Below are positions 17,823 through 28,312 of a stretch of DNA of 64,000 bases, one piece after another (position 1 is the stretch's first letter; each line of letters opens with the position of its first letter). The DNA lies in NCBI GenBank assembly GCA_963796105.1, contig CAWCKJ010000011.1, positions 76,543-140,542 of the forward strand. The letters run 5' to 3'. This stretch comes from a candidate division FCPU426 bacterium. GTDB lineage: Bacteria; Oederibacteriota; Muellerivitia; Muellerivitales; Muellerivitaceae. The position numbers and the translations under genes were made by a program. Under the pieces are notes generated by a model. That model saw only the letters and a program-made list of their open reading frames with translations. It was not told the origin of the DNA and made no database searches.

Positions 17823-18191
17823 TTACGATTCGATGGGAAGTCCGCTTCGGCCCCAGGATGAGATCCCCCCCGCGATATGGGCCGCATTCGTGAATCCCTT
17901 GTCCTGTAAAAGGCGCAAGGCCATTCCGCTGCGGTTCCCGCTCCGGCAGTAAAGGATCAGGGGCCTGGTTTTGTCGATTTCCCCCAGGCGGTTCGCCAGC
18001 TCGTGCAGGGGAAACAGTTTGGAACCGGTGATCCGGCCCTCGCGATTCTCCTCGGCGCTGCGCACATCCACCAGCTGGATTCTTTTATCCCCCTTGATCC
18101 TTTGGAACGCGTCCTGAGGGGATAACTCCGCGGCCGGGTTGGAGGGACCGGCACCCAGCAGCATCTTGATCAGCGAACCAATGCTTCCCAT
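17823..18191 (-). CDS. Rhodanese-like sulfurtransferase (paralog of 5325-5690)
   Basis: MGSIGSLIKMLLG...YCRSGNRS; AAGGAG RBS at ATG 18191. Confidence 0.9.
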   Translation of the reverse strand: MGSIGSLIKMLLGAGPSNPAAELSPQDAFQRIKGDKRIQLVDVRSAEENREGRITGSKLFPLHELANRLGEIDKTRPLILYCRSGNRSGMALRLLQDKGFTNAAHIAGGISSWGRSGLPIES

Positions 18192-18275
18192 GAAAATCTC
18201 CTTTTGTTTGGAATGACTTATCGAAATCACTTCATTCTTTTTCCAGCCCATTACCTTTCATGCCAGTCACAATCT

Positions 18276-18476
18276 TCAACTCTTTTTGGGCGATACCCCG
18301 CATGTGCTGAAACCCAGCATCGCGTAAGGCGGGCACCAGCCCAGGATCCCCGTAACGAGGGGGATCAGACCTAAGAGGAACCAATAGCTGGATGGCCCCC
18401 AAAAGGCCAGACTGGTCAGAACCAGCCCCGCGGCGATTCTCACCGCTCTTTCCACCGGATGAATATTTTTTTTCAT
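18276..18476 (-). CDS. DUF2892 (YgaP-like) membrane protein
   Basis: MKKNIHPVERAVRI...GLIPLVTGILGWCPPYAMLGFSTC; GGAGG RBS. Confidence 0.9.
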   Translation of the reverse strand: MKKNIHPVERAVRIAAGLVLTSLAFWGPSSYWFLLGLIPLVTGILGWCPPYAMLGFSTCGVSPKKS

Positions 18477-18549
18477 GACTGCCTCCCCATTTTTTAATAA
18501 CGTCTTCCTCATTCCATAACCACTGTTTCTTTTAAGGCTTAGTTCAGGT

Positions 18550-19098
18550 TCATAGTTTCTTCCCCGCTTTTTCCAACGCCTCCTTGAGGGTTTCGCCATC
18601 CGTCATACCCGTGAATTGGTCGAGGATCTTTCCATTCATGAAAACAATGAGGGTGGGAATTCCTTGGATGCCGTACCGGCTGGCAATCCCTCCCTGTTCA
18701 TCGACGTTGAGCTTCCCCACGATGGCCTTGTCCCCCACCGCGTCGGTCAGTTTAGAAACGATAGGCCCTTCCATCCGGCAGGGCCCGCACCAGGGCGCCC
18801 AAAAATCCACTAATACCGGCTTTTTCGACTTCAGGACTTCCTCCTCCCAGTTGGCGGCGCTGAAAACCTTCAAGGCCGGATTGTCCGCCTCTTTCTCCTG
18901 TCCGATTAAACCGCACCCGGTTGAATAGGCCATCAACAAAACCGCCAATATCCCATAGAGGACATATCTCCAAGGTTTTGCCTTAATGGCTTGAAAACTG
19001 GTTTTCAAGATCACCGCCCGGAAGTATCCGTATCCGAACAGGCACCCTATGACAACCGCTATTAAAAATTCCATTTCACACCCCCTACAGGCCAACAT
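18550..19098 (-). CDS. Thioredoxin with N-terminal membrane segments
   Basis: WCGPC; two hydrophobic N-terminal segments; start possibly 19074. Confidence 0.9.
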   Translation of the reverse strand: MLACRGCEMEFLIAVVIGCLFGYGYFRAVILKTSFQAIKAKPWRYVLYGILAVLLMAYSTGCGLIGQEKEADNPALKVFSAANWEEEVLKSKKPVLVDFWAPWCGPCRMEGPIVSKLTDAVGDKAIVGKLNVDEQGGIASRYGIQGIPTLIVFMNGKILDQFTGMTDGETLKEALEKAGKKL

Positions 19099-19122
19099 GA
19101 ACTTCTTAAGCGAGTTCTTGGC

Positions 19123-19449
19123 TTAATTTCCAGCCGCCAGTAATGCGGCTTCCAGTGCCGGCGCGTTTGTCACGCCAATGAAAGTATTCTTGGGCTCGCC
19201 TTTTTGGAAAACCATCAGGGTCGGAATCCCGCGGATACCGTACTTGGCCGCGATTTCTGGATGGTCGTCGCTATTAAGTTTCCCGACGACGGCCTTTTCC
19301 CCCACTTCTTCCGCTAGCCTCTCCACGATGGGCCCTTGCATCCGGCAGGGGCCGCACCAGGGCGCCCAAAAATCAACTAGGACGGGCTTCGAGGATTTCA
19401 GCACTTCCTTCTCCCAATTCTCAACCGTGAATTCCTTGACTTGTTTCAT
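19123..19449 (-). CDS. trxA: Thioredoxin
   Basis: 108 aa, [20 protein letters not shown]. Confidence 0.93.
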   Translation of the reverse strand: MKQVKEFTVENWEKEVLKSSKPVLVDFWAPWCGPCRMQGPIVERLAEEVGEKAVVGKLNSDDHPEIAAKYGIRGIPTLMVFQKGEPKNTFIGVTNAPALEAALLAAGN

Positions 19450-19462
19450 GACATCCTCCTTT

Positions 19463-19618
19463 TTATGAGTGGCTCAACATCAAACCCACGAATGCCCCGT
19501 AAAAGGTGCTGATCCAGGGGTTGGAAGTAATGGGGCAGGCTCCCGTGGAACAACCCACTACCTTGTAATATCCGAACCCCAGCAAGCCCCCCAGGACCAC
19601 CCCGATGATCATTCGCAT
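19463..19618 (-). CDS. DUF6132-type small membrane protein (51 aa)
   Basis: Not in ORF track. MRMIIGVVLGGLLGFGYYKVVGCSTGACPITSNPWISTFYGAFVGLMLSHS; GGAGG RBS. Confidence 0.85.
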   Translation of the reverse strand: MRMIIGVVLGGLLGFGYYKVVGCSTGACPITSNPWISTFYGAFVGLMLSHS

Positions 19619-19691
19619 AATTTCCTCCGCCTTTATCAGTTTATTATCAAATGCTTATATAGAATTCCAAAAAAAATCAACCCTCTTTGCC

Positions 19692-19976
19692 TCATTCCCC
19701 GCAGAAAACTTCCCGCATCAACTCGATCAGCTTAAGCAGTTTCGGGTTCTGGATCGAGTAATAAACCATATTTCCTTCCCGCCTAGTCACGACGATGTCC
19801 CTGGCCCGCATTTGGAAAAGGTGCTGGGAGACATTGGACTGGCTTGTTCCCAGTTCCTTCGTGAGTTCCTGAACATTCTTCTCGCCCTCCGCCAGCATTG
19901 AGAGAATCGAGAGCCGGATAGGATGGGCGATAGCCTTAACGCAATGCGCCGCTTTATGGACGTGGGCAGTTTTCAA
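19692..19976 (-). CDS. ArsR/SmtB regulator
   Basis: AIAHPIRL.IL...SQSNVSQHL...RREGNMVYY...VFC. Confidence 0.9.
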   Translation of the reverse strand: MKTAHVHKAAHCVKAIAHPIRLSILSMLAEGEKNVQELTKELGTSQSNVSQHLFQMRARDIVVTRREGNMVYYSIQNPKLLKLIELMREVFCGE

Positions 19977-19995
19977 TCCAATAGCCCCCTTTTGA

Positions 19996-20017
19996 TATAT
20001 TAGATAATACTAATATA
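19996..20017. promoter_or_regulatory. Inverted repeat, probable ArsR autoregulatory operator
   Basis: TATATTAG-ATAATA-CTAATATA, 20 bp upstream of the arsR start. Confidence 0.6.
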
Positions 20018-20085
20018 CTTATATATGTCAATGGCTTTTTAAAAATTTTTAACAGGGAATGAGCGATATGAATAATTGGTATTTT

Positions 20086-20859
20086 TTAATCTTTCGGGGC
20101 TCCCGAATTTTCAAACAATTCATCCGAAAGATGCCTGAAGAGCCGGCCCCGGGCGTGAACCATCATGGAGAACATCTTTAACAGGGTGAAATACATCTTG
20201 GCCCAGAGACTTGAATACCTTTTCGCGAACTTCGGGTCCCCTTTCAAAGGGGTTTTCCCGCCGAGAATTTGCAGCCTTCCCGTTATCCTGCCAACGTCCT
20301 CGTACTTTTCCTCGTGCTTGGCCATGCTGGATCTTCCCTCAATTTCTTTCCAAGCTTGGTCGGTGTAAAAAATATATTCCTTGGCCTCCACATGATTTTT
20401 CAGGAGCCTGTGAAGGATGATGACATCCGGACCCGCCAACTCGTAGAACCTCCCCAGCTTATAGAACAGGGCTTTCCCCGCGTGCACCACCAGCTTGAGT
20501 TTCAGTTTCCGCACGTTGCCGCAGGCCCCGCAGGCGCAGACGCTCGAAAAGTGCAATTGCTCGGCGCGCTTGGTGAAGGCCTTGTAAAAACGGCCCATGC
20601 TATCCTCAAAAGATTTTTTATGCCTTTCCCACGCGTCCGGAGTGTTCTTGGGCAGGTAAAGAAAAATAGCGTCCCCCTCCAGTTTGGAGATCCTGAATGG
20701 AATTCGGACTTCCCCGATGACCGCCTGGATTAAGGCGGTAATGACAGCTTGGGCATGCCCCAAGCTTTTCTTCTCGCTCAGCATAAACCGGGTGTAACCC
20801 CCGATATCGGCGATAACCATGATGACTTCTTTTTCGACTTCGGGCCTCTTATTATCCAA
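20086..20859 (-). CDS. DUF2652-type (nucleotide-cyclase-like fold) protein
   Basis: IADIGGYTRF, KLEGDAIF, CACGAC, LKLVVHAG, ELAGPDVI..HRLLKN. Confidence 0.8.
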   Translation of the reverse strand: MDNKRPEVEKEVIMVIADIGGYTRFMLSEKKSLGHAQAVITALIQAVIGEVRIPFRISKLEGDAIFLYLPKNTPDAWERHKKSFEDSMGRFYKAFTKRAEQLHFSSVCACGACGNVRKLKLKLVVHAGKALFYKLGRFYELAGPDVIILHRLLKNHVEAKEYIFYTDQAWKEIEGRSSMAKHEEKYEDVGRITGRLQILGGKTPLKGDPKFAKRYSSLWAKMYFTLLKMFSMMVHARGRLFRHLSDELFENSGAPKD

Positions 20860-20910
20860 AAGAAGATTCCTCCCTGAAAGCGCTTCTCATTCCCCGCCAT
20901 TTTAATTTTA

Positions 20911-21372
20911 TCAAGCCATATTCGCGGCAAACCTGACGTAATCCGTTTCGGGGGGCGTGCCACCGGATTTTTTAATGAGCATGGCGATTTGGCCCCTGTG
21001 ATAGGTCCCGTGGGTGACCAATTGGGTCAGGATGTCGGCAAGGACTGTTTCTTGGGGAACGCCCTTGAGATTTTTATAAGCGACCTTTCCGGAAATTTGT
21101 TCCTCGGTGATTTTGGAGAGATACCCATTAGTCTTTTCCCTGATTTCATGATTCAGGCTCAAGCACTCCGGAATCGACAGCGGACAGCTCATATCGGGCG
21201 CGGGTACCTCCGGCGTTAACCGGGAAAGCCACAATTTCTTGGCCAGCAGGACATGGCTTATTTTCTTGATGGCCTCCCTGTCAGGAGATTCCATGTCCCC
21301 TAACGTGTGCAATTCCTTCTCATTGGCCCAAAAGTCGAACTCGAATAGTTTTTTAAAATAAGCCTGGTTCAT
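20911..21372 (-). CDS. DinB/YfiT-family protein
   Basis: WAN...SHVLLA..LWLSRL...QLVTHGTYHRGQI. Confidence 0.88.
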   Translation of the reverse strand: MNQAYFKKLFEFDFWANEKELHTLGDMESPDREAIKKISHVLLAKKLWLSRLTPEVPAPDMSCPLSIPECLSLNHEIREKTNGYLSKITEEQISGKVAYKNLKGVPQETVLADILTQLVTHGTYHRGQIAMLIKKSGGTPPETDYVRFAANMA

Positions 21373-21647
21373 TTCTCACTCCCTGTCTTTGGATTTCATC
21401 ATCTTGATAGTGTCAATCTTCCTTTAACCCTGTCATTTTCAAAACGATTTTATTTTTTAATCCTCAATGAATAACCGGTTGAATTCTTCACAAATCGTGC
21501 CGGCAAACCCGGCAATCTCCACTTCTTTGAAATAATTCCCGCTATGCGCAGACCATAATAACATTCATAAAAACATTAAGGTTTCGCTATTATCATGAAA
21601 AAATTTCATCATTCCCTTGATTCCAAGTATTAAAATGTTGTTAGTAA

Positions 21648-21790
21648 GCATTTGCCGAATTGTTCCCAGGGGAACAAACGGGGGACCCGTTCATTTGGGG
21701 CTAACTCCTTCCTTGTTGAAGCGGGCAAGGAGAGGGCGGCGAGCCTTTCGCGCCGAGCCCGACAGCTAACCTCGCAGGCTTCGGAGGGCA
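21648..21790 (+). ncRNA. c-di-AMP (ydaO/yuaA) riboswitch
   Basis: GCCGAAT...GGGGGACCC...TGGGGCTAACTC...CCGAGCCCGACAGCTAACCTCGCAGGC matches the ydaO consensus; directly upstream of a KimA homolog. Confidence 0.9.
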
Positions 21791-21829
21791 CGTCCTGATC
21801 TTCATGACGGCCCGGAATCGTTTTGGAGG

Positions 21830-23815
21830 GTGGTCATGGAAGAAAAAGTTCGGGAATGGCTTTTCGGCCAGTCGAAGAATCCCCTCGACCGGAATGTCTT
21901 CCACAAGATCAGCCTCATCGCCATCCTGGCCTGGGTAGGCCTGGGGGCCGACGGATTGTCCTCCTCCTCCTACGGCCCGGAGGAAACCTTCAAATCCCTG
22001 GGCATCCAATACCACCACCTTGCCCTCTTCCTGGCCATCGCGGTAGCCTTGACCGTCTTCATCATCTCGGCCAGCTACAGCCAGATCATCGAGTACTTCC
22101 CCTCGGGCGGGGGAGGCTACGTGGTGGCCAGCAAGCTCCTGCACCCCGTGGCGGGGCTGGTGTCCGGCTGCGCCCTCATCGTGGACTACATCCTGACCAT
22201 CAACCTCTCCATCGCCGCTGGCGTGGACGCCATCGGGGATTTCATGCCTGGCGGCTTCATCGCCCACAAGCTGGCCGTCGAGATCCTGCTAGTCCTGTTC
22301 CTGATCTGGCTCAACATGCGGGGCATCAAGGAATCGGTGACAACGCTCCTGCCCATCTTCATTCTCTTCGTGGCCACCCACATCCTCCTGATCTTCGCCG
22401 GCCTGATCGGCCACGGCTCCCAGATCGTGCCGGTGGTGCAAAGCTCTTTCCGGGAAACCCACCAGATCGTCAGCGGCCCCGGGGGCCTCTGGGCCTTCCT
22501 GGTCATCTTCTTCACGGCCTACAGCCTCGGCGGCGGCACCTACACGGGCATTGAGGCCGTCTCAAACGGCCTTTCCAACCTGCGCGAGCCCCGGGTGCAG
22601 ACCGGCAAGCGCACCATGATCTACATGGCCGTCTCCCTGGCCTTCACCGCCGGCGGGATCATCCTTCTCTATATGTTGTGCGACGTGCCGGCCGTCAAGG
22701 ACGAAACCATGAACGGCACCCTGGAAAAGATCGTATTCGGCTCCTGGGTCTGGGGAGGAATGGCCGTGGGCAAATGGCTCGTTTACGCGACCCTGATTTC
22801 CGAGGGGCTTCTCCTATTCATCGCGGCCCAGACCGGCTTCATCGACGGGCCCAACGTGCTGTCGAACATGGCGGTGGATTCCTGGTTTCCCCACCGTTTC
22901 GCCAACCTTTCCCACCGGCTGGTCCGCATGAACGGCATCCTGGTCATGGGCGTTTCCACCCTCATCATCCTGGTCCTGGCCAAGGGAAGTGTGGACGCCC
23001 TGATCGTGCTTTACGCCATCAACGTTTACATCACCTTCACCTTGTCCCAGCTATCCATGTGCGTGCACTGGTGGCAGGCCCGCAAGACCCAGAAGGACTG
23101 GAAAAGCCGCTTTGCCATCAACGGCCTGGGGCTGACCCTCACCTTCATCATCCTGGTTGCCACCGTCATGGCCAAGTTCCTGGAAGGGGGCTTCATCACG
23201 GTCACCCTCACAGGCGCGCTCGTTTTCCTCTGCTTCATGGTGAAGCGCCACTATCAGGACGTCCGTAAGGCCTTGAAACGACTCGACGACGCCCTCATCA
23301 ACCTGCCCCTCCCCGACCGCGACGCGTCCGAGCCTCCCCTGGGCCCCTGCGGCAAGGAAAACCCCGTGGCCGTGATCATGGTGGAAAATTTCAACGGGCT
23401 GGGCATCCACGCCATTTTTTCCATCCGCAAACTTTTCGGGGACAAGTTCAAGGACCTTCTTTTCATCTCCATCGGCCGGATCGACTCGAGCAAATTCAAG
23501 GGCGTGGAGGAATTGGAGAACTTGAGGGCGAACACGGAGGACAACCTGAGGAAATACGTGGAGCTGGCCCACAAGATGGGCTACCACTCGGATTTCCGCT
23601 ATACCCTGGACATCGACATACTCGACGGCATGGAAAAGCTCTGCGACCAGGTGGCGGCGGAATTCAAGGACCCCACCTTCTTCTCTGGCAAGCTCATATT
23701 CGCGAAGGAAACCTTCTGGTCGCCCATCCTGCACAACCAGACGTCCCTGGAAATCCAGCGCCGCCTTTTGTTCAAGGGCAACAACATGGTGGTGGTGCCC
23801 ATCCGGGTCCTGTAG
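21830..23815 (+). CDS. kimA: APC-family potassium transporter, KimA/YdaO-like
   Basis: ADGLSSSSYGPEE, YPSGGGGY-like motif, DYILT, TGIEAVSNG; C-terminal cytoplasmic domain; riboswitch context. Confidence 0.85.
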   Translation: MVMEEKVREWLFGQSKNPLDRNVFHKISLIAILAWVGLGADGLSSSSYGPEETFKSLGIQYHHLALFLAIAVALTVFIISASYSQIIEYFPSGGGGYVVASKLLHPVAGLVSGCALIVDYILTINLSIAAGVDAIGDFMPGGFIAHKLAVEILLVLFLIWLNMRGIKESVTTLLPIFILFVATHILLIFAGLIGHGSQIVPVVQSSFRETHQIVSGPGGLWAFLVIFFTAYSLGGGTYTGIEAVSNGLSNLREPRVQTGKRTMIYMAVSLAFTAGGIILLYMLCDVPAVKDETMNGTLEKIVFGSWVWGGMAVGKWLVYATLISEGLLLFIAAQTGFIDGPNVLSNMAVDSWFPHRFANLSHRLVRMNGILVMGVSTLIILVLAKGSVDALIVLYAINVYITFTLSQLSMCVHWWQARKTQKDWKSRFAINGLGLTLTFIILVATVMAKFLEGGFITVTLTGALVFLCFMVKRHYQDVRKALKRLDDALINLPLPDRDASEPPLGPCGKENPVAVIMVENFNGLGIHAIFSIRKLFGDKFKDLLFISIGRIDSSKFKGVEELENLRANTEDNLRKYVELAHKMGYHSDFRYTLDIDILDGMEKLCDQVAAEFKDPTFFSGKLIFAKETFWSPILHNQTSLEIQRRLLFKGNNMVVVPIRVL

Positions 23816-23836
23816 TCCCGGCCCGGAAAATGGTCT

Positions 23837-24232
23837 TTACTTGAGCCCCGCCAGGTATTTTTTCCAAGGCTTCCAGTAATAGTCTTTCCAGCCCTTCTCC
23901 AGAAGGGCGGCATGCCCATCCGGCACGTTGGCATGGACCATCGTGATCACGGCCCCGCCGGCCGCCTTCTCGAAGGCCAGGATCAGGATGGACTCGCCGT
24001 CCTTGCTTTCCCAATCCGTGGCCCTCCAGGATTGGACGATCATTTTCCCGGGAACCAGCATGAGGTTGCGCCCCCGGATGTACCCATCATGGGCCGTAAA
24101 GGCCCCGCCCTTCTTGCGGCTCATCTGCGTCTTGGCCCCGATGGCCAGGCTGTGTTTTTCCGAGTCCAAATAAATGTCATAGAGCTTTTCCGGCGCGGTG
24201 TTGAATTTTATTTCCTGAACCAGTGTTTTCAT
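23837..24232 (-). CDS. AHSA1/SRPBCC domain protein
   Basis: PEKLYDIYLD...GGAFTAHDGYIRG...IVQSWRA...GWKDYYW. Confidence 0.85.
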   Translation of the reverse strand: MKTLVQEIKFNTAPEKLYDIYLDSEKHSLAIGAKTQMSRKKGGAFTAHDGYIRGRNLMLVPGKMIVQSWRATDWESKDGESILILAFEKAAGGAVITMVHANVPDGHAALLEKGWKDYYWKPWKKYLAGLK

Positions 24233-24264
24233 TTTCCCTCCCCTATTTATCCCGTGAATTTCTC

Positions 24265-24831
24265 CTACCGGCTATAAACCGTCTCCCTGGGCATTTGGGC
24301 GGGACCCTTTTCCATCGCCAACCTCATCATCGTCAGCCCCTTCTCGAAATCACGGCCGACCATTTCATCCATATTCATGAATAGGTGGAAAACTTTGGCG
24401 ATAAAGTTATTCCGGCCTGTCATGGACCAGGTGACCTCGGTCAGGTCCCCCTCGGACTTGAAAGTGAAGACCGTGGTATTAGTGGCCTTGAAGGGTTTGA
24501 GGAACTCCAGCCGGATCAGGACGCTTTCGGCCGCTCGGCTCTCGATGATCCTCATGCTTCCCTCTCCGACTTTCCGGTTCCCCGCCCAGCGGTAAACAGC
24601 CCCTATCCCGGCTGTGGGGCCCTCGAATACACGCCTCATGGAAGGATCCGCATCCTCCCAGGGGGACCAGGCGCGCCACTGGTGAAAATCGTTTACGAGG
24701 GAATAAGCCGCCGACGGTTGGGCCGTGAGGAGCATCTTTCGCTCGACGCGGAACTCGGGGGGCTGCCGTAAGGCCAGGATGGATATGACCGCGAGAACCG
24801 CCGCCAGTGTGATAAGGATATAAATAAACAT
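24265..24831 (-). CDS. SRPBCC / polyketide cyclase family protein with N-terminal anchor
   Basis: FRVER...DFHQWRAWSPW...GAVYRWAGN..VGEG...LEFLKPF...VTWSM. Confidence 0.88.
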   Translation of the reverse strand: MFIYILITLAAVLAVISILALRQPPEFRVERKMLLTAQPSAAYSLVNDFHQWRAWSPWEDADPSMRRVFEGPTAGIGAVYRWAGNRKVGEGSMRIIESRAAESVLIRLEFLKPFKATNTTVFTFKSEGDLTEVTWSMTGRNNFIAKVFHLFMNMDEMVGRDFEKGLTMMRLAMEKGPAQMPRETVYSR

Positions 24832-25048
24832 GGTTTCCTCCCCCTTTTACTTGATGGACCGCCGCTTCCGGCCCGCTCGCTTGGCAAACCTCATCCAACG
24901 AACCTGTTTAATCGTAGATTTGCTCCAGCAAAAATTTCAAGACAGGGGGAAATTTAATTTTATGTAGCCACCTTACTGGCGGAATCCACCGCAGCAGGTT
25001 ATCCCACATTTATCCCAGCCAAGGCTGGGGTTTTCCACGAAGGTGGAT

Positions 25049-25079
25049 AAAAAAACCCATCCAGTTTCGGCTGGATGGG
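25049..25079 (-). terminator. Rho-independent terminator of the kdp operon
   Basis: Stem CCCATCCAG/CTGGATGGG with a T7 tract on the minus strand. Confidence 0.75.
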
Positions 25080-25117
25080 GTGGTTAAAGGGTGAACCTGA
25101 TTAAAAAAAATACCCTT

Positions 25118-25198
25118 TTATCCAATGTTCTTGATGTAATAAATAGACAAGACCAGCATGGTCACCATAATCCCGATCGGCAATAGTGCTCCACCCAT
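25118..25198 (-). CDS. 26-aa single-TM microprotein after kdpC
   Basis: MGGALLPIGIMVTMLVLSIYYIKNIG; AGGAGG RBS; lies before the terminator. Confidence 0.6.
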   Translation of the reverse strand: MGGALLPIGIMVTMLVLSIYYIKNIG

Positions 25199-25271
25199 GG
25201 CGCGCCTCCTTGATTGATTTCCAGCTTCTAAAACTACTTCCCCGCTAAAACCACATTCCAAAGCTCCCCTG

Positions 25272-25874
25272 TTATTTGGCGGGTATGGCGGATGCCGCGT
25301 CCAACGCCAAATTCAGTTTCAACACGTTGACTCCCGGGTCCCCGATGAAACCCAGCCACCTTCCGTCGGTGTTTTGTTGGATGAGTTCCTCGACCTTGGC
25401 CTGGTCCAAGCCCCGCGCCTTCGCCACCCGGGAAGCCTGGTACTCGGCCGCCGCCGGGCTGATGTGGGGGTCTAATCCCGAGCCCGAGGCCGTCACCAGG
25501 TCCATGGGCACCGGCGCGCCCGCCATGTCCGGATGGGCTTTCCTCAAGCCTTCCACCCGGCCCTTGACGCTATTGATGAAATCGGGGTTGGTGGGCCCTA
25601 AGTTGGAGCCGCTGGAGTTACTGGCGTTGTAAGCGTATGGCGAGGTGGCGCTGGGCCTTCCCCAGAAATACTTGGCGTCGTCGAAAGGCTGGCCGATCAG
25701 CTCCGAACCCATTATTTTGCCGTTGACGGTGATCAGGCTTCCCCCCGCTTGCTTCGGAAAGAGGATTTGCCCGAAAAGAGTGACCACGCCCGGGTAAAAC
25801 AGGCCGCACAGCAGGGTGAAAATGGCCATGAATTTAAAAGATTGTTTTAGTTGCGCCCCGAATTCATTAATCAT
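25272..25874 (-). CDS. kdpC: K+-transporting ATPase subunit C
   Basis: GSELIGQPF...YFWGRPSA...SGSNLGP...[16 protein letters not shown]...[11 protein letters not shown]. Confidence 0.96.
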   Translation of the reverse strand: MINEFGAQLKQSFKFMAIFTLLCGLFYPGVVTLFGQILFPKQAGGSLITVNGKIMGSELIGQPFDDAKYFWGRPSATSPYAYNASNSSGSNLGPTNPDFINSVKGRVEGLRKAHPDMAGAPVPMDLVTASGSGLDPHISPAAAEYQASRVAKARGLDQAKVEELIQQNTDGRWLGFIGDPGVNVLKLNLALDAASAIPAK

Positions 25875-25932
25875 TTGATCCTCCTTGAAATTACATTTTC
25901 ATCTTGCATGTCAACGTGCCTGTACTCCCGTT

Positions 25933-28005
<2,073 letters not shown>

Positions 28006-28096
28006 TTTAGTTTCTCCTTTTTCCCTGCCGGCGGAACCCTTCATCATGGTTCTATTCAGTTTGGCCCGGTTGTTGCCTTTGAATCTCCCCTGCCTT

Positions 28097-28291
28097 TTAA
28101 AAACCTGCTTCCGAACTTTCCTTCGCCCTCTCCCCGCCTTTTTTCCCCGCTTTTTCATGTTGAACCATCCCCAAAAATCCGATTAAAAAAGCCGGCCAAG
28201 CCACCAGGAAAACCGATACCTGTATGTTTTCCATCACGGTGGAAGCGCCCTTGAACAAGAGCCCGATCATTTCCCTTTCCACCGGCGGCAT
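28097..28291 (-). CDS. Small membrane protein between kdpA and kdpB
   Basis: GAAGGAG RBS; one TM segment followed by [16 protein letters not shown], similar to 30600-30800. Confidence 0.5.
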   Translation of the reverse strand: MPPVEREMIGLLFKGASTVMENIQVSVFLVAWPAFLIGFLGMVQHEKAGKKGGERAKESSEAGF

Positions 28292-28312
28292 GGCTTCTCC
28301 TTCCCTCTCCCG

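Noticed and set aside
24990..25050. DnaA-box-like words (TTATCCCACA, TTTTCCACG, GTGGATAA) suggesting an origin
   Set aside because: Imperfect matches, few copies, no dnaA/dnaN or unwinding element nearby
28006..28158. Basic 51-aa N-terminal extension of KdpB
   Set aside because: Strong RBS at ATG 28005 and KdpB similarity begins there; the extension overlaps the 64-aa ORF
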